Assembly: GCA_051294375.1 (NCBI GenBank) | Contig: CM119268.1 | Coordinates: forward strand, 8,365,008-8,429,007 | Origin: Paraspadella gotoi | Lineage: Eukaryota; Animalia; Chaetognatha | Length of the DNA: 64,000 nt | Direction: 5' to 3' | In this document: piece by piece, positions 38,040 to 51,290 of the stretch | Position numbering within the stretch: the stretch's first letter is position 1 | Layout: every line of letters starts with the position of its first letter | The notes under the pieces: generated by a model | What the model was told of the DNA's origin: nothing | Seen by the model: only the letters and a program-made list of their open reading frames with translations | Database searches by the model: none | Position numbers and translations under genes: made by a program

Positions 38040-38595
38040 GATTTATTTTTAGAGGATCCCGTAATAGTTTTTTTTTTTTTTTTTTTTTTTTATCTGTGAT
38101 TGAGCAAGTTTTTAACGATCCGATTCAAAACTACACTATGTCAAAGCGACCTTTGAAAATTAAAACAAAAATTAATAATAATTAATAATTGGTCGGCCCG
38201 TCAACGAGTGGGGCAGACGATGTATGTATGTATGTATGTATGTATGTATGTATGTATTTATGTATGTATATCTATGTATGTATGTCTATGTATGTCTATT
38301 ATTATTAGTACATACGTAATACGTAATAGGAGGAAAGGAAAGAAAGGGAAAGAAAAGAAAGGAAAACAAAGGACAACAAAGGAAAAGAAAGAAAAGAAAA
38401 GAAAAGAAATGGAAAGTAAAGGAAAGGAAAAGAGGACAGTTGTGGTATCCTTTTTCCTAAATGATCCCAAAGACAAAAATGTTATAATACTCAAACTTCG
38501 TTAAAGAGAAATTTCAATGGAGATAAGGAAGAAACGAGATGTGAAAAATCCCGTCGGGTCTGAGTCCGTCTGACACAATTTTCGAGTACATTTAT

Positions 38596-39619
38596 TAGTC
38601 GGATCTGCTTAAGGGGACCAAGTGACCAGGGAGGGTAAAAAGCTGAAAACATAACCTTTGACCCTCTAACTTAGGCTGGTTCTGACCATATAATTTTTTC
38701 TTCTATAATCATTTGGGCTTAAAAAATTCGATAAAATCAGCTAGCTTAATTTTTTTTTTTTAAATCGGTAAGAAGAAAATCTTTTTCAAGTTTAAAATTT
38801 TGTTTTCGCAAAAAAGGGTAAGATCTTATTTAAAAAGATTTTCAGCTTTTATTACAAAAATTTATAAGAAAAAAAACTAGGAATGAATCGACTGATTTTA
38901 TTTAAACTTTCTTGTCAAATGATTTGGTTAATTGGATAAAAAATAAAACTCTTTGAAGTAATATAAAATAAAAAAAAAAGAAAAAGATTCTGTACTTTTG
39001 CTAAATTTTTAATTGTTATAATTAGGATCATAATATAGTATAATAATACATTTAAGGGATGAATATGAATATTAATTAATAATTATTACAATTTTTGTTT
39101 CTGTAAGAATAGAATTTAGGTTTGATTTGTTTGCTTTAAAGTAAATATAAAAATAAAAAATATTAGTCTTATAAAAAGGCTTTTGTTCAATAAGGCTTAA
39201 CCCAAAAATTGTAGCTTTGTACAGTAAAAAAATAAAAATTTGGAATTTAGTAAAAATATTTCTAATGCAAAAATAAAATAATGGATAATATTTAGGTAGG
39301 GTCAACTAAATTTTTTTTCATAATTATTAAATTTTTGTTTCCGCTACAATAAGAGAATATGATTTTTTTTGCCACTTTCCATGCAAAAAAAAATTAATGA
39401 CTATCACCATTAAATTCCTTTGATGATAGACCCTTAAGCTTATGATATCATTTTTTATCACTGGGTCCCTTAACAGCAGATCCCGACTCTATAATTCACT
39501 TTGTCCGTCCGTCGGTCCGCCCCCTCAATCTTGTCGGGAATTCACTTAATCATGTCAGAAACATCGATTATGATATCATTATGATATCATTATGCAAAAA
39601 AATATTATGTCGTCCATCC

Positions 39620-39654
<35 letters not shown>

Positions 39655-40387
39655 ATCCGTCCCGTCCATTTTTTCAAAAAACTTCAATTACTCGTGATTG
39701 GAAGGATGGATTGGAAATGAAATTTTGTTGTGGGTAGGGAAGTGAGTGATTGAGCTGGATATAAAGTTTCGATGGAATCGTGCGAGTTAGTGAAAATTAG
39801 TTTAAATGGAAAAAAACAAACAAAATTATTTTCACTATTTGAACGCCAATTACTCGTGAGTGGATGGGGGGATTGACCTGAAATTTTGCATGTGGGTAGG
39901 AAAGTGTGTGATTAAGCTGGAAATCAGGTTTCGATGGAATCGTGAGAGTGGAAATGAGTTTAAATGGAAAAAACAAAACCTGTTTCACTAATTGATTATG
40001 CTTTAAATTAAATGCAAGATGTATTGATTAATCAATTAATTAATTAGTTGACTAATGAATTAGTCAATTAATCAATCAATAATTAATTAATCGAAAAATT
40101 AATTATTCAATCAATTAATTTATTTATCTATTAATCAATTAATTCAAATAAATCGATTTATTTACAATTAATTATTTAATATCAATCAATCAATCAAACA
40201 ATCAATCAAGTCAATCGTTATCGCATATTTTTCGTCGTCAGCATCATCGTCGTCGTTGCTTTTGTCGTGGTCAGTGACGAAAAGATCCAAAAACAAACAT
40301 TTCGGATCAAATAAATTAATTTATTAATTAATTACCCGCTAATGATCCTGGCGCAGATCCGACATTGTTTGCTCAAACTTGTTTTTT
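38596..40387 (+). mobile_element. HINE-like element interrupted in its 5' palindrome by a MITE
   Basis: TAGTCGGATCTGC at 38596 resumes as CAGCAGATCCCGAC at 39474. The 3' end GCAGATCCGACATTGTTTGCTCAAACTTGTTTT is at ~40353-40387. Confidence 0.72.
38613..39469. mobile_element. Non-autonomous TIR DNA transposon (MITE) with TTAA target duplication, Kolobok-like termini
   Basis: TTAA(38609-38612)|GGGGACCAAGTGA ... TCACTGGGTCCC|TTAA(39470-39473). Removing it restores the HINE palindrome. The interior is AT-rich and non-coding. Confidence 0.75.
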
Positions 40388-41381
40388 AACTGCGTCATGT
40401 CTAGAAAAAAAAAATCGCCCAATTACGTTGAAATCACAAGATCGCATAATTTTATAGAGAGAGAGGACGAGAAACTTGTTAAGAAGATCTCAAATAAAAG
40501 GGAAAATAATTTAAGGTCTTTTTTTTTTTTATTAATTTAATTGATTTACAAATGGAAAAAAAAACTTGTTCTCGAATTCACGCCTGCCGTTTGGCAGCTT
40601 ATAGTTTTAGTTTTTCTCCCCCAAGATTCCGATCTCAAGTTTTTTCCCCAGTAACCGCTAAACCACTTCCCTCGCCCGCCCGCGCGCCGCTTTCCGCCGC
40701 CGCCGGCCGCCGCCCCTGCCCTCATTCAACTGAACGTTTGAATGCCACCGTCGCGCTCTCTGTAGTTGGCGTTAAATCGCCGGTGCCCTCGTTCTTTTGT
40801 TTGCGTTGGGAACCAATATTCAAAGATAAAAACGACGTGGCGCGGACGAGGCGCTCGCGTGGGCGCCATCTCTTAATGGCCGCCTACGGAATTTTTGAAA
40901 GCTCTGTCAACAAAGAAGCGGAACTGATATAACGCCGAGCGATAGCGGGTTTTTTTTTTTTTCTCTCCTCTCTCTTTTTTTTTTTTTTCTATGTTTTATT
41001 AAATCGTGAAGAGATGTTTTTGAAATTCGGGGAGGGCTGCCATGGCTGCGAGGGGCTGNNNNNNNNNNNNNNNNNNNNNNNNNNNNNNNNNNNNNNNNNN
41101 NNNNNNNNNNNNNNNNNNNNNNNNNNNNNNNNNNNNNNNNNNNNNNNNNNNNNNNNNNNNNNNNNNNNNNNNNNNNNNNNNNNNNNNNNNNNNNNNNNNN
41201 NNNNNNNNNNNNNNNNNNNNNNNNNNNNNNNNNNNNNNNNNNNNNNNNNNNNNNNNNNNNNNNNNNNNNNNNNNNNNNNNNNNNNNNNNNNNNNNNNNNN
41301 NNNNNNNNNNNNNNNNNNNNNNNNNNGAATTATGATATCATTATGATATCATTATGCAAAAAATATATATGTCCGTCCATC

Positions 41382-41413
<32 letters not shown>

Positions 41414-42801
41414 ATCCGTCCGTCCCATTTTTTCAAAAAACTTCAATTACTCGTGATTGGAAGGATGGATTGGAATGAAATTTTGTGTGTGGGTAGGGAA
41501 GTGAGTGATTGAGCTGGATATAAAGTTTCGATGGAATCGTGCGAGTTAGTGAAAATTAGTTTAAATGGAAAAAAACAACAAAATTTATTTCACTATTTGA
41601 ACGCCAATTACTCGTGAGTGGATGGGGTGATTGACCTGAAATTTTGCATGTGGGTAGGAAAGTGTGTGATTAAGCTGGAAATCAGGTTTCGATGGAATCG
41701 TGAGAGTGGAAATGAGTTTAAATAGAAAAAAACAAAAACCTGTTTCACTAATTGATTATGCTTTAAATTAAATGCAAGATGTATTGATTAATCAATTAAT
41801 TAATTAGTTGACTAATGAATTAGTCAATTAATCAATCAATAATTAATTAATCGGAAAATTAATTATTCAATCAATTAATTTATTTATCTATTAATCAATT
41901 ATTCAAATAAATCGATTTATTTACAATTAATTATTTAATCAATCAATCAATCAAACAATCAATCAAGTCAATCGTTATCGGCATTATTTTCGTCGTCAGC
42001 ATCATCGTCGTCGTTGCTTTTGTCGTGGTCAGTGACGAAAAGATCCAAAAACAAACATTTCGGATCAAATAAATTAATTTATTAATTAATTACCGCTAAT
42101 GATCCTGGGCAGATCCGACATTGTTTGCTCAAACTTGTTTTTTAATCTGCGTCATGTCTAGAAAAAAAAATCGCCCAATTACGTTGAAATCACAAGATCG
42201 CATAATTTTATGAGAGAGAGAGCGAGAAACTTGTTAAGAAGATCTCAAATAAAAGGGAAAATAATTTAAGGTCTTTTTTTTATTTTTTATTAATTTAATT
42301 GATTTACAAATGGAAAAAAAAACTTGTTCTCGAATTCACCCGTTTGGCAGCTTATAGTTTTAGTTTTTCTCCCCCAAGATTCCGATCTCAAGTTTTTTCC
42401 CAAACCAGTAACCGCTAAACCACTTCCCTCCCCCCGCCGCCGCCGCTTCCGCCGCCGCCGCCGCCGCCCCCTGTCCCTCATTCAACGTTTGAATCCACCC
42501 TCGTCCTCTACTTGGCGTTAAATCGCGTGCCCTCGTTCTTTTGTTTGCGTTGGGAACCAATATTCAAAGATAAAAACGACGTGGCGCGGACGAGGCGCTC
42601 CGTGGCGCCATCTCTTAATGGCCGCCTACGGAATTTTTGAAAGCTCTGTCAACAAAGAAGCGGAACCTGATATAACGCCGAGCGATAGCGGGGTTTTTTT
42701 GTTTTTTTTTCTCTCTCTCTCTCTCTTTTTTTTCTCTATGTTTTATTAAATCGTGAAGATGTTTTGAAATTCGGGGAGGGCTGCCATGGCTGCGAGGGCT
42801 G
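39566..42801 (+). repeat. ~1.5-kb direct duplication (39566-41058 / 41327-42801) flanking an N-gap
   Basis: The same sequence lies on both sides of the N-run 41059-41326. The left copy accumulates single-base indels toward the gap. Confidence 0.85.
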
Positions 42802-43095
42802 CCGAGATTAATGTTTACTACACTGGATATTTGAGGAATGAAACAAATTACAACTCGAAATGAAATTTCGAAATTTCGAAATGAAACGTCAAGTTGTGAA
42901 AGGAAGTGGGACAAATTGAATAAAATAATATTTTGTATACAAAGTAGGAACGAACCGAAAGGAGGAGATTAAAGAAAGAACAGTTTTAAAAAAAGAATAT
43001 GTAGAAGAATAAAAAAGGTAGAAAAAAAAACAATTATAAAAATTACATTAATAATAACAATGAAAATAATGGCAATAATAATTATAATAATAATA

Positions 43096-43185
<90 letters not shown>

Positions 43186-46100
43186 GAACAACAAACATAA
43201 GAACAGTAATAACAATTTTAAAGATGATACCGATATTAAAATGTTACTATTTAAAATCAACGAATTCATTCCGTTTGAGAATAGTAATAAAGCTGATTCC
43301 GAGTGAATCAATTCATTTAGTAGCCCGTATTCATTAAAATAAACTTAATCCACTCCCACACCCACGGTCACATCTCCAAACAACGTTTACTCTTCTCCAT
43401 CCTTCAAACCATCCCTCACCCACCCCAACACCGCCACAGGCGCCCCCTCCCCCACTACTCCGCCGTTCCGCGCTGCGCCAAAAGCAGGCGAGCCTGGTTT
43501 CGGAATTTTTGATAGCTTTGTCAACAAAGAGACGACGGACAAAGTTTTGTAAACATTGGCAAATGACCGTAAATAATCGGTGGGGTTCCCTCTGTCACGA
43601 ACACCCCGAAAAGGCACGTCGGGGAAAGAGAAGTATATATTTCGCTGTGATTTCGTTGATTTAAATATTTTGCTATCTTTAAAAAAAAAAAACACCAGTG
43701 TTTCATGTTTATGTACGTATGAAAAACTAAAGAAAAAGGTTAACCTGAGAAGAGGAAAGTGTGGCAGTTATTACATTTTATTACATTTTATTACATTTTA
43801 ACCAATCCAGTTACAGAGGCCATAAACAGCTTCAACGACAACTGCGCAATTAATGTGTTCCAAAAAAATTTATACGTATCTTATCTATTATCAAATATTT
43901 GTGAAGGCTTCAGAGCGTCAAGACAATAATAAATAAACTAATTTAGAATTTTACGGTAGAAATCAAAAGACAAAAGAAAAAGAACGCTATATCATTCAAA
44001 GTTTTAAAATCTGTCTTTATGGGTCACCCCTAACTTGTTATTTTAAGAAAGTAAGAAAAATATTATTTCCATATTCGACAACCGCGTGTTGGACTTACGG
44101 ACCGCGGTGACAGTGGGAGCGTGCTCGCGCATAATCTTAAAGTTAAGGCTTCCTGGAATCTTGTAGAGAATATAATCTGCATGAGGAATCAAACAAACGA
44201 AAATAATGGTGATTAGAAGATCCATTTTTTTAAATACGTGAGCGATTTGTCTATAAAATAGTACAGCCTTCCGATTTGTAAATCTAATCGTTTAGGGAGT
44301 TTTTTTGAGAAAAGCGTCTTGCCGTCGTTGCAAGATTTACGTATTCAATTAAAACATTTATTTCGCCATCTCCGTTTTCCATAGTTGTCACAAGGAACTA
44401 AATAAACATCGGAATTCCAGCGGATATGTCGAAGCTCGCGATCAATGTTATTAATGTTATGTTAATCGGCGGCGACTTTTTTTTAACTCATCTCTCTGCA
44501 CGAACGGATATGGCACTTTTTAAAAAGAGAAAGATGAAAGGGGGAAACAATTATAAGGGGGCCAAAAGAAAAATAAAGAGAAGAAGAGAAGAAAAAAAAA
44601 GAAGAGAAAAGAAAGGAAAAGAAAACATGTTGATCCGGTGAGACGTTCAATTTATTTAAAATACAGGATTGAAATGGGACCGCGTTGCAACGTTATTATG
44701 TTATTATTGAATACACAGTGGTACCAAGAATGTAAAAACTTTTTCATATCGTCTACTCATCTTTGGAAGGGTCCTATGGAAGGTATACTTCATAAATGAG
44801 TACCTGACATGAACGAAACATGAAGTAAAATGACCAATGAAATAATTGTTAAAACAAAATTTTTAAGATATATTATTAAGTACAAATTATCGAGGGGATT
44901 AGTAATCTTTCCTATGGGGAGTAGGTTTAAAGTCCGCACCCTGTATGTTAATATGTTAAATTTTGACTAGTTTATGCTTGATTTTCATGTTTATTAAGTC
45001 AATCAATTATGGTCCAAAACATATCCAAATTTCAAGCAAAAGACGTCATTGTTGTAAATGGCATTTTAATCACAAATGCAACCAAACATTTTTAAATACA
45101 TACAACTTTATATTTGCGATGCAGAATCGTATTTAATCCAAATTTAATCGCGCGTTAATTTTTACAAAGGGCAGTTAAAACTTCTTTCTTTTAACGAATG
45201 AAATAAAATAATACGAAACCAGAAGAACGACTCAGTGAATCATGGGATTTCCGCAAGAAAACGGGATTTCACTTTCTCTTTCTTTCTTCTCTCTCTCCTA
45301 CTCTCTGCTCTCTCGTCTCTCTCTTCTCTCTCTCTCTCTCTCCTTCTCTCTCATCTCTCTCTCTCCATCTCGTCTCTCTCTCCATCATTGTTGATCCTAT
45401 TAAAAAAATTCTACACTCCCACTAATAATCCCATAGAGCTTTTTACGGGACAAGATTTCGGAAGTTTTGAACTGCCCTTTTGGAAAGGTTTTACAAACAT
45501 GTTTAGGATAATAACTCTATCCGATTTTGCAATTTGTTATCTTTTCAGCCTGCTCTCTCTCTCTCTCTCTGCTTCTCTCTGCCCTCTCTCTCTCTCTCTC
45601 GTCTCTCTCTCTCTCTCTCCTCCTCTCATGACAGAAATTTATAAAAACTTCTTAATTAGGGTTAGTACAGAAAGAGTATTTGGTAGCATCGTACGAAAAG
45701 ATCATAAATTGAAACTCGCCTTAATCAATGGAGCCTAATTGAAAAATACCGCAAGAGGTGCCGTTCCTCTCTCGCCTCTCTTCTATCTCTCGCCCCCCTC
45801 TCTCTCTCTCTCTCTCTCTCTTCTCTCACGTCCTGCTGCTCTCTCTCTCTCGTCTCTCTCGTCTCTCTCTCTCCTCTTCCTCCCGTTTCATGCTTCATCA
45901 AAACGGCCCATGTCTATAACCTTTCGATATGTGGGACAAGAACAAAGGTCGTCGAAGACGGCGACGTCGACGACGATGACGACGATGCGACGACGATGGC
46001 GACGATGCGAGACACGAAAACTGACTTTTTTGGGCAAAAGTTCTCTGGTGCCCTCGATGCCGCCAGTCTAAGTCTCCTCGTCCAGGCCTCTACCGATTTT

Positions 46101-47182
46101 TGGCTTCTTTTTTTTATTATTCGATATATTTTATTTTTGTTTTACCGTAATCTTCGCGAATTGGATTCACGACGAATGCATCTCGAAGAAATGGATTTTA
46201 AACTGTTTAATACTAAACAAATTTACTAATATTTAAAATCTTTAAGTTGGTTACTTCTCGGCTTCCCTGAGAACAATTGTACAATAACAAAAACCTAGAA
46301 ATATAAAAGCATTATTTTTGAAGGATTTGAACATTAAAAGTTCAATATAATTTTTTTCTTTAAATTGTATTTGTTAATTTTCCTACTTTTTCTCTTCAAC
46401 TCGGAAAAAAACTTCGCCCAAAATTGTTTTATCATACTGACTACACAATCAAATTGCAACAAAAAAGGTTAAATTGAGCTGCTTGGGTTTCTGGTCAGAA
46501 ATCAGGATTGGATTTGTAAAAAGTAGAACTAAAATCCCTCGAGCCAAGAGGAAGCTCTCCACAGATACAGTCTAGATTTGCATCCCAGANNNNNNNNNNN
46601 NNNNNNNNNNNNNNNNNNNNNNNNNNNNNNNNNNNNNNNNNNNNNNNNNNNNNNNNNNNNNNNNNNNNNNNNNNNNNNNNNNNNNNNNNNNNNNNNNNNN
46701 NNNNNNNNNNNNNNNGCAAGGAGACGAAGAGAATAGGAAGTCATCATGCAAGGACCAGAAATCAAAGAGTAAGAAAGACTGGGAAAAAGAGAGGGAGGCG
46801 GGAAAAGGAAGAGGGGCAAAATAAGAGAGAGGGTTTAAAGGAAGTTAAGGGGTGTTCCTATATATAGAATATATAGAACTAAACTATACATAACTAATAT
46901 ATTAATTTTTTTCAAAATTTTTTTTAGAAAATTGTGAGAGAAGTACATTTAATAGAATTTCACGCAAAATAAAAAACGAAAGATTGTAATACATATATAA
47001 TCATTTGAACCCTATCTTAGTAAGCTTTCTAAGTCTTTTGTAAACTAGAAATACAGACGTACAGAGCAAAAACTGACGAAGCCGGTGTCTCTGTACCGGC
47101 GACTAAAAAGTCCTTGAAAGAAGGAAAAAAGTAGCGATCATAAAATCTCCTTGTTTTCATTATTGACGACAGAGATAAAAAC

Positions 47183-50100
47183 TGTCCCGGCCACACTTGA
47201 TTGCCTGACTCAATAAAAGAAAAAAAACAATTACAACACTTTCGTCTAATTTAATTGAATTAGTAGGCTGGGACTATTGAGAATTTTTTTAATCGAATTT
47301 TCTCTAAGAGCTTATAACAAATTTTGAAAATGTAGGCGCCATATTTAAAAGCTAGCAGATAAGTGGCAGAAACTGACAATGAATTTTTTTTTTTTTTTTC
47401 CCCACTTTTCTTAAGATTTCAACGAAGTCGATCTCGCCTTTTTTTTATTTGGGGGGGGGGGATTGTTACTTTTCCTCCCACGCGACAGACTTTATGTCTC
47501 CGAGTCGAAATCAAAATAAAAGTCCTAAATTCAGTCATAACATATATTAACATAATTCACCGACTCGACACGAGTTAAACACGCTGGATCGACCCCTCAC
47601 CGTCGTCGTCGATGAGAGGGCGTTGGAGGGAAAATTCCCCCGGCATCGCCGCCCGTCCGCGAGGATTCTGGCTCGGAAAGACGCGGCGCCCGCAGCTGCC
47701 GGCGCCGAACGGATCGGAGAAAGCGTCGCAGACGAGGCCGAGTCCTGCGCCAGCGTCGTCGCCGCTTGAAAGGAGCAAAAGCAGCAGCAGCGCTGCGGCT
47801 GCTGTTGCCGGTGTTGAGTCCACGTTCGCCGAATCGAAGTCATGATTTATTTTTAGAGGATCCGTAATAGTTTTTTTTTTTTTTTTTTTTTTTTTTATCT
47901 GTGATTGAGCAAGTTTTAACCGATCCGATTCAAAACTACACTATTCAAAGCGCCTTTGAAAATTAAAACAAAAATTAATAATAATTAATATTGGTCGCCG
48001 TCAACGAGTGGGGCAGCGATGTATGTATGTATGTATGTATGTATGTATGTATGTTTTATGTATGTATATCTATGTATGTATGGTCTATGTATGTCTAGTT
48101 ATTATTAGTACATACGTAATACGTAATAGGAGGAAAGGAAAGAAAGGGAAAAGAAAAAAAGGAAAACAAAGGAAACAAAGGAAAAGAAGAAAGAAAAAGA
48201 AAAGAAAAGAAATGGAAAGTAAAAGGAAGGAAAGAGACAGTTGTGGTATCCTTTTTTTTCCCAAATGATCCGCAAAAGGACAAAATGTTATAAAACTGCA
48301 ACTTCTGTTAAGAGAAATTTTCAATGGAATAAGGAAGAACGAGATGTGAAAAATCCGTCGGGTCTCTGAGTCCGTCTGACACAATTTTCGGTACAATTTA
48401 TTAGTCGGATCTGCTTAAGGGACCAAGTGAACCAGTGGAGGGTAAAAAGCTGAAAACATAACCTTTGACCCTCTAACTTAGGCTGGTTCCTGACCATAAT
48501 TAATTTTTCTGTCTATAATCTATTTGGGAGTGTTAAAAAATTCGATAAAAATCAGCTAGCTTAATTTTTTTTTTTTAAATTCGGTAAAGGAGAAAATCTT
48601 TTTCAAGTTTAAAATTGTGTTTTCCAAAAAAGGGTAAGATTTATTTTAAAAAGATTTCAGCTTTTATTACAAAAAAATTTATAAGAAAAAAACTATGGAA
48701 TGAAATGCGACTGATTGTATTTAAACTTTCTTGTCAAATGATTTGGTTAATGTAAGATAAAAAATAAAACTTTTAATAATATAAATATAAAAAAAAAAAT
48801 TTATTCTGTACTTTTGGCTAATTTTTAATTGTTATAATTAGCGAAATCAAATATAGTATAATATAACATTTAAGGGACTGAATATGAATATTATTAATAA
48901 TTATTAAATGTTTTGTTTCTGTACAGAATAGAAGTTTAGGTTTGATTTGTTGCTTTAAAGTAAATATAAAAATAAAAAAATATTTAGTCTTAATAAAGCT
49001 TTTGTTCAATAAGGGACTTAACCAAAAATTGTAGGTTTGTACAGTAAAAAATAAAAATTTTGAATTTAGTAAAATATTTCTAATGCAAAAATAAAATATG
49101 AATAATATTTAGGTAGGGTCAACTAAATTTTTTTTATAATATATTAAATTTTTGTTCCGCTACATAAGAGATATGATTTTTTTTGCACACTTTCCCATGC
49201 AAAAAAAATTAATGACTATCACGATTCAAATTCCTTGATGATAGACCCTTAAGCTTATGTATCATTTTTATCACTGGGTCCCCTTAAACAGCAGATCCCG
49301 ACTCTAGTAATTCACTTTGTCCGTCCGTCTAGGTCCGCCCTCAATCTGTCGGGAATTCACTTATATCATGTCAGAACATCGAATTAGATATCATTATGGA
49401 TATCAATTATGGCCAAAAATAGTATATGTCCGTCCATCCGTCTGTCGTCTGTCTGCTGTCCCTGTCCGTCACGTCCGTCCCATTTTTTCAAAAAACTTCA
49501 ATTACTCGTGATTGGAAGGATGGATTGGAATGAAAATTTTGTGTGTGGGTAGGAAGTGAGTGATTGAGCTGGATATAAAAGTTTCGATGGAATCGTGCGA
49601 GTTAGTGAAAAATTTAAGTTTAAAATGGAAAAAAACAACAACAAAATTTATTTTCAGCTATTTGAACGCCAAATTATCGTGAGTGGATGGGGTGATGACC
49701 CTGAAATTTTGCATGTGGTAGGAAGTGTGTGATAAGCTGGAAATCAGGTTTCGATGGGAATCGTGAGAGTGGAAATGAGTTAAAAGAAAAAAACAAAAAC
49801 TGTTCTCACTAATTGATTATGCTTTAAATTAATGCAAGATGTATTGATTAATCAATTAATTAATTTAGTTGACTAATGAATTAGTCAATTAAATCAATCA
49901 AGTAATTAATTATGCGGAAAATTAATTATCAATGCAATTAATATTATTTAATCTATAATACAAATATTCAAATCAAAAATCGATTTATTTTACAATTAAT
50001 ATATTTATCAATCAATCAATCAAACAATCAATCAAGTGCAATCGGTTATCGCATTATTTTTCTCGTCAGCCATCATCGTCGTCGTTGCTTTTGTCGTGGT

Positions 50101-51214
50101 GCAGTGACGAAAAGATCCAAAAACAAACATTTCGGATCAAATAAATTAATTTTATTATTAATTAAGCCGCTAATGATCCTGGGCAGATCCGACATTGTTT
50201 TGCTCAAAACTTGTTTTTAATCTGCGTCATGTCTAGAAAAAAAAAAATCGCCGCAATTACGTTGAAATCACAAGAATCGCATATTTTATGAAGAGAGAGA
50301 GCGAGAAACTGTTAAGGAAGATCTAAATAAAAGGGAAATAATTTAAGGTGCATTTTTTTTTTTTATTAATTTAATTGATTTACAAATGGAAAAAAAAATT
50401 GTTCTCGGAAATTCACCCGTTTGGCAGCTGTATAGTTTTAGTTTTTCTCCCCCAAGATACCGATCTCAAGTTGTTTTCCCCAACCAGTAACCGCTAAACC
50501 ACTTCCTCCCCCGCCCGCCGCGCGCTTCGCCGCCGCCGCCGCCGACCCCTGTTCCCCATTACAACGTTTGGAATCCACCTCGTCTCTAACTTGGCGTTAA
50601 ATCGCGTGCCCTCGTTCTTTTGTTTGGCGTTGGGGAACCAATATTCAAAGATAAAAACGACGTGGCGGCGACGAGCGCTGCCGTTGGCGCCATCTCTTAA
50701 TGGCGCCTACGCGAATTTTTGAAAGCTCTGTCAACAAAGAAGCGGAACCTGATATAGACGCCGAGCGATAAGCGGGGTTTTTTTTTTTTTTTTTTCTCTC
50801 TCTCTCTTTTTTTTCTGCTATGTTTTTAATTAATACGTGAAGATTGTTTTGAAATTCGAGGAGGGCTCTCATGGCTGCGCAGGCTGCCGAGATTAAATGT
50901 TTACTACAGCTGATATTTGAGGAATAAAGCAAATTACAACTCGAAATGAATTTCGAAATTTCGAAATGAAACGTCAAGTTGTGAAAGGAAGTGGACAAAT
51001 TGAATAAATAATATTTTGTATACAAAGTAGGAAAACTAGGAGATAGGAGACGAATATTCTGAGAAGACAGAGGAGATTAAGAAAGAACAGTTTTAAAAAA
51101 AGAATATGTAGAAGAATAAAAAGGTAAGAAAAAAAACAAATAAAAATTAATTATAAATATACAATGAAAATAATGAGCAATAATAATTATAATTAATAAT
51201 AGATAATAATAATA

Positions 51215-51290
<76 letters not shown>

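Noticed and set aside
47547-47845. Second protease gene start or true paralogue
   Set aside because: Frameshifted, truncated within exon 2, and inside an indel-rich duplication that is probably artefactual.
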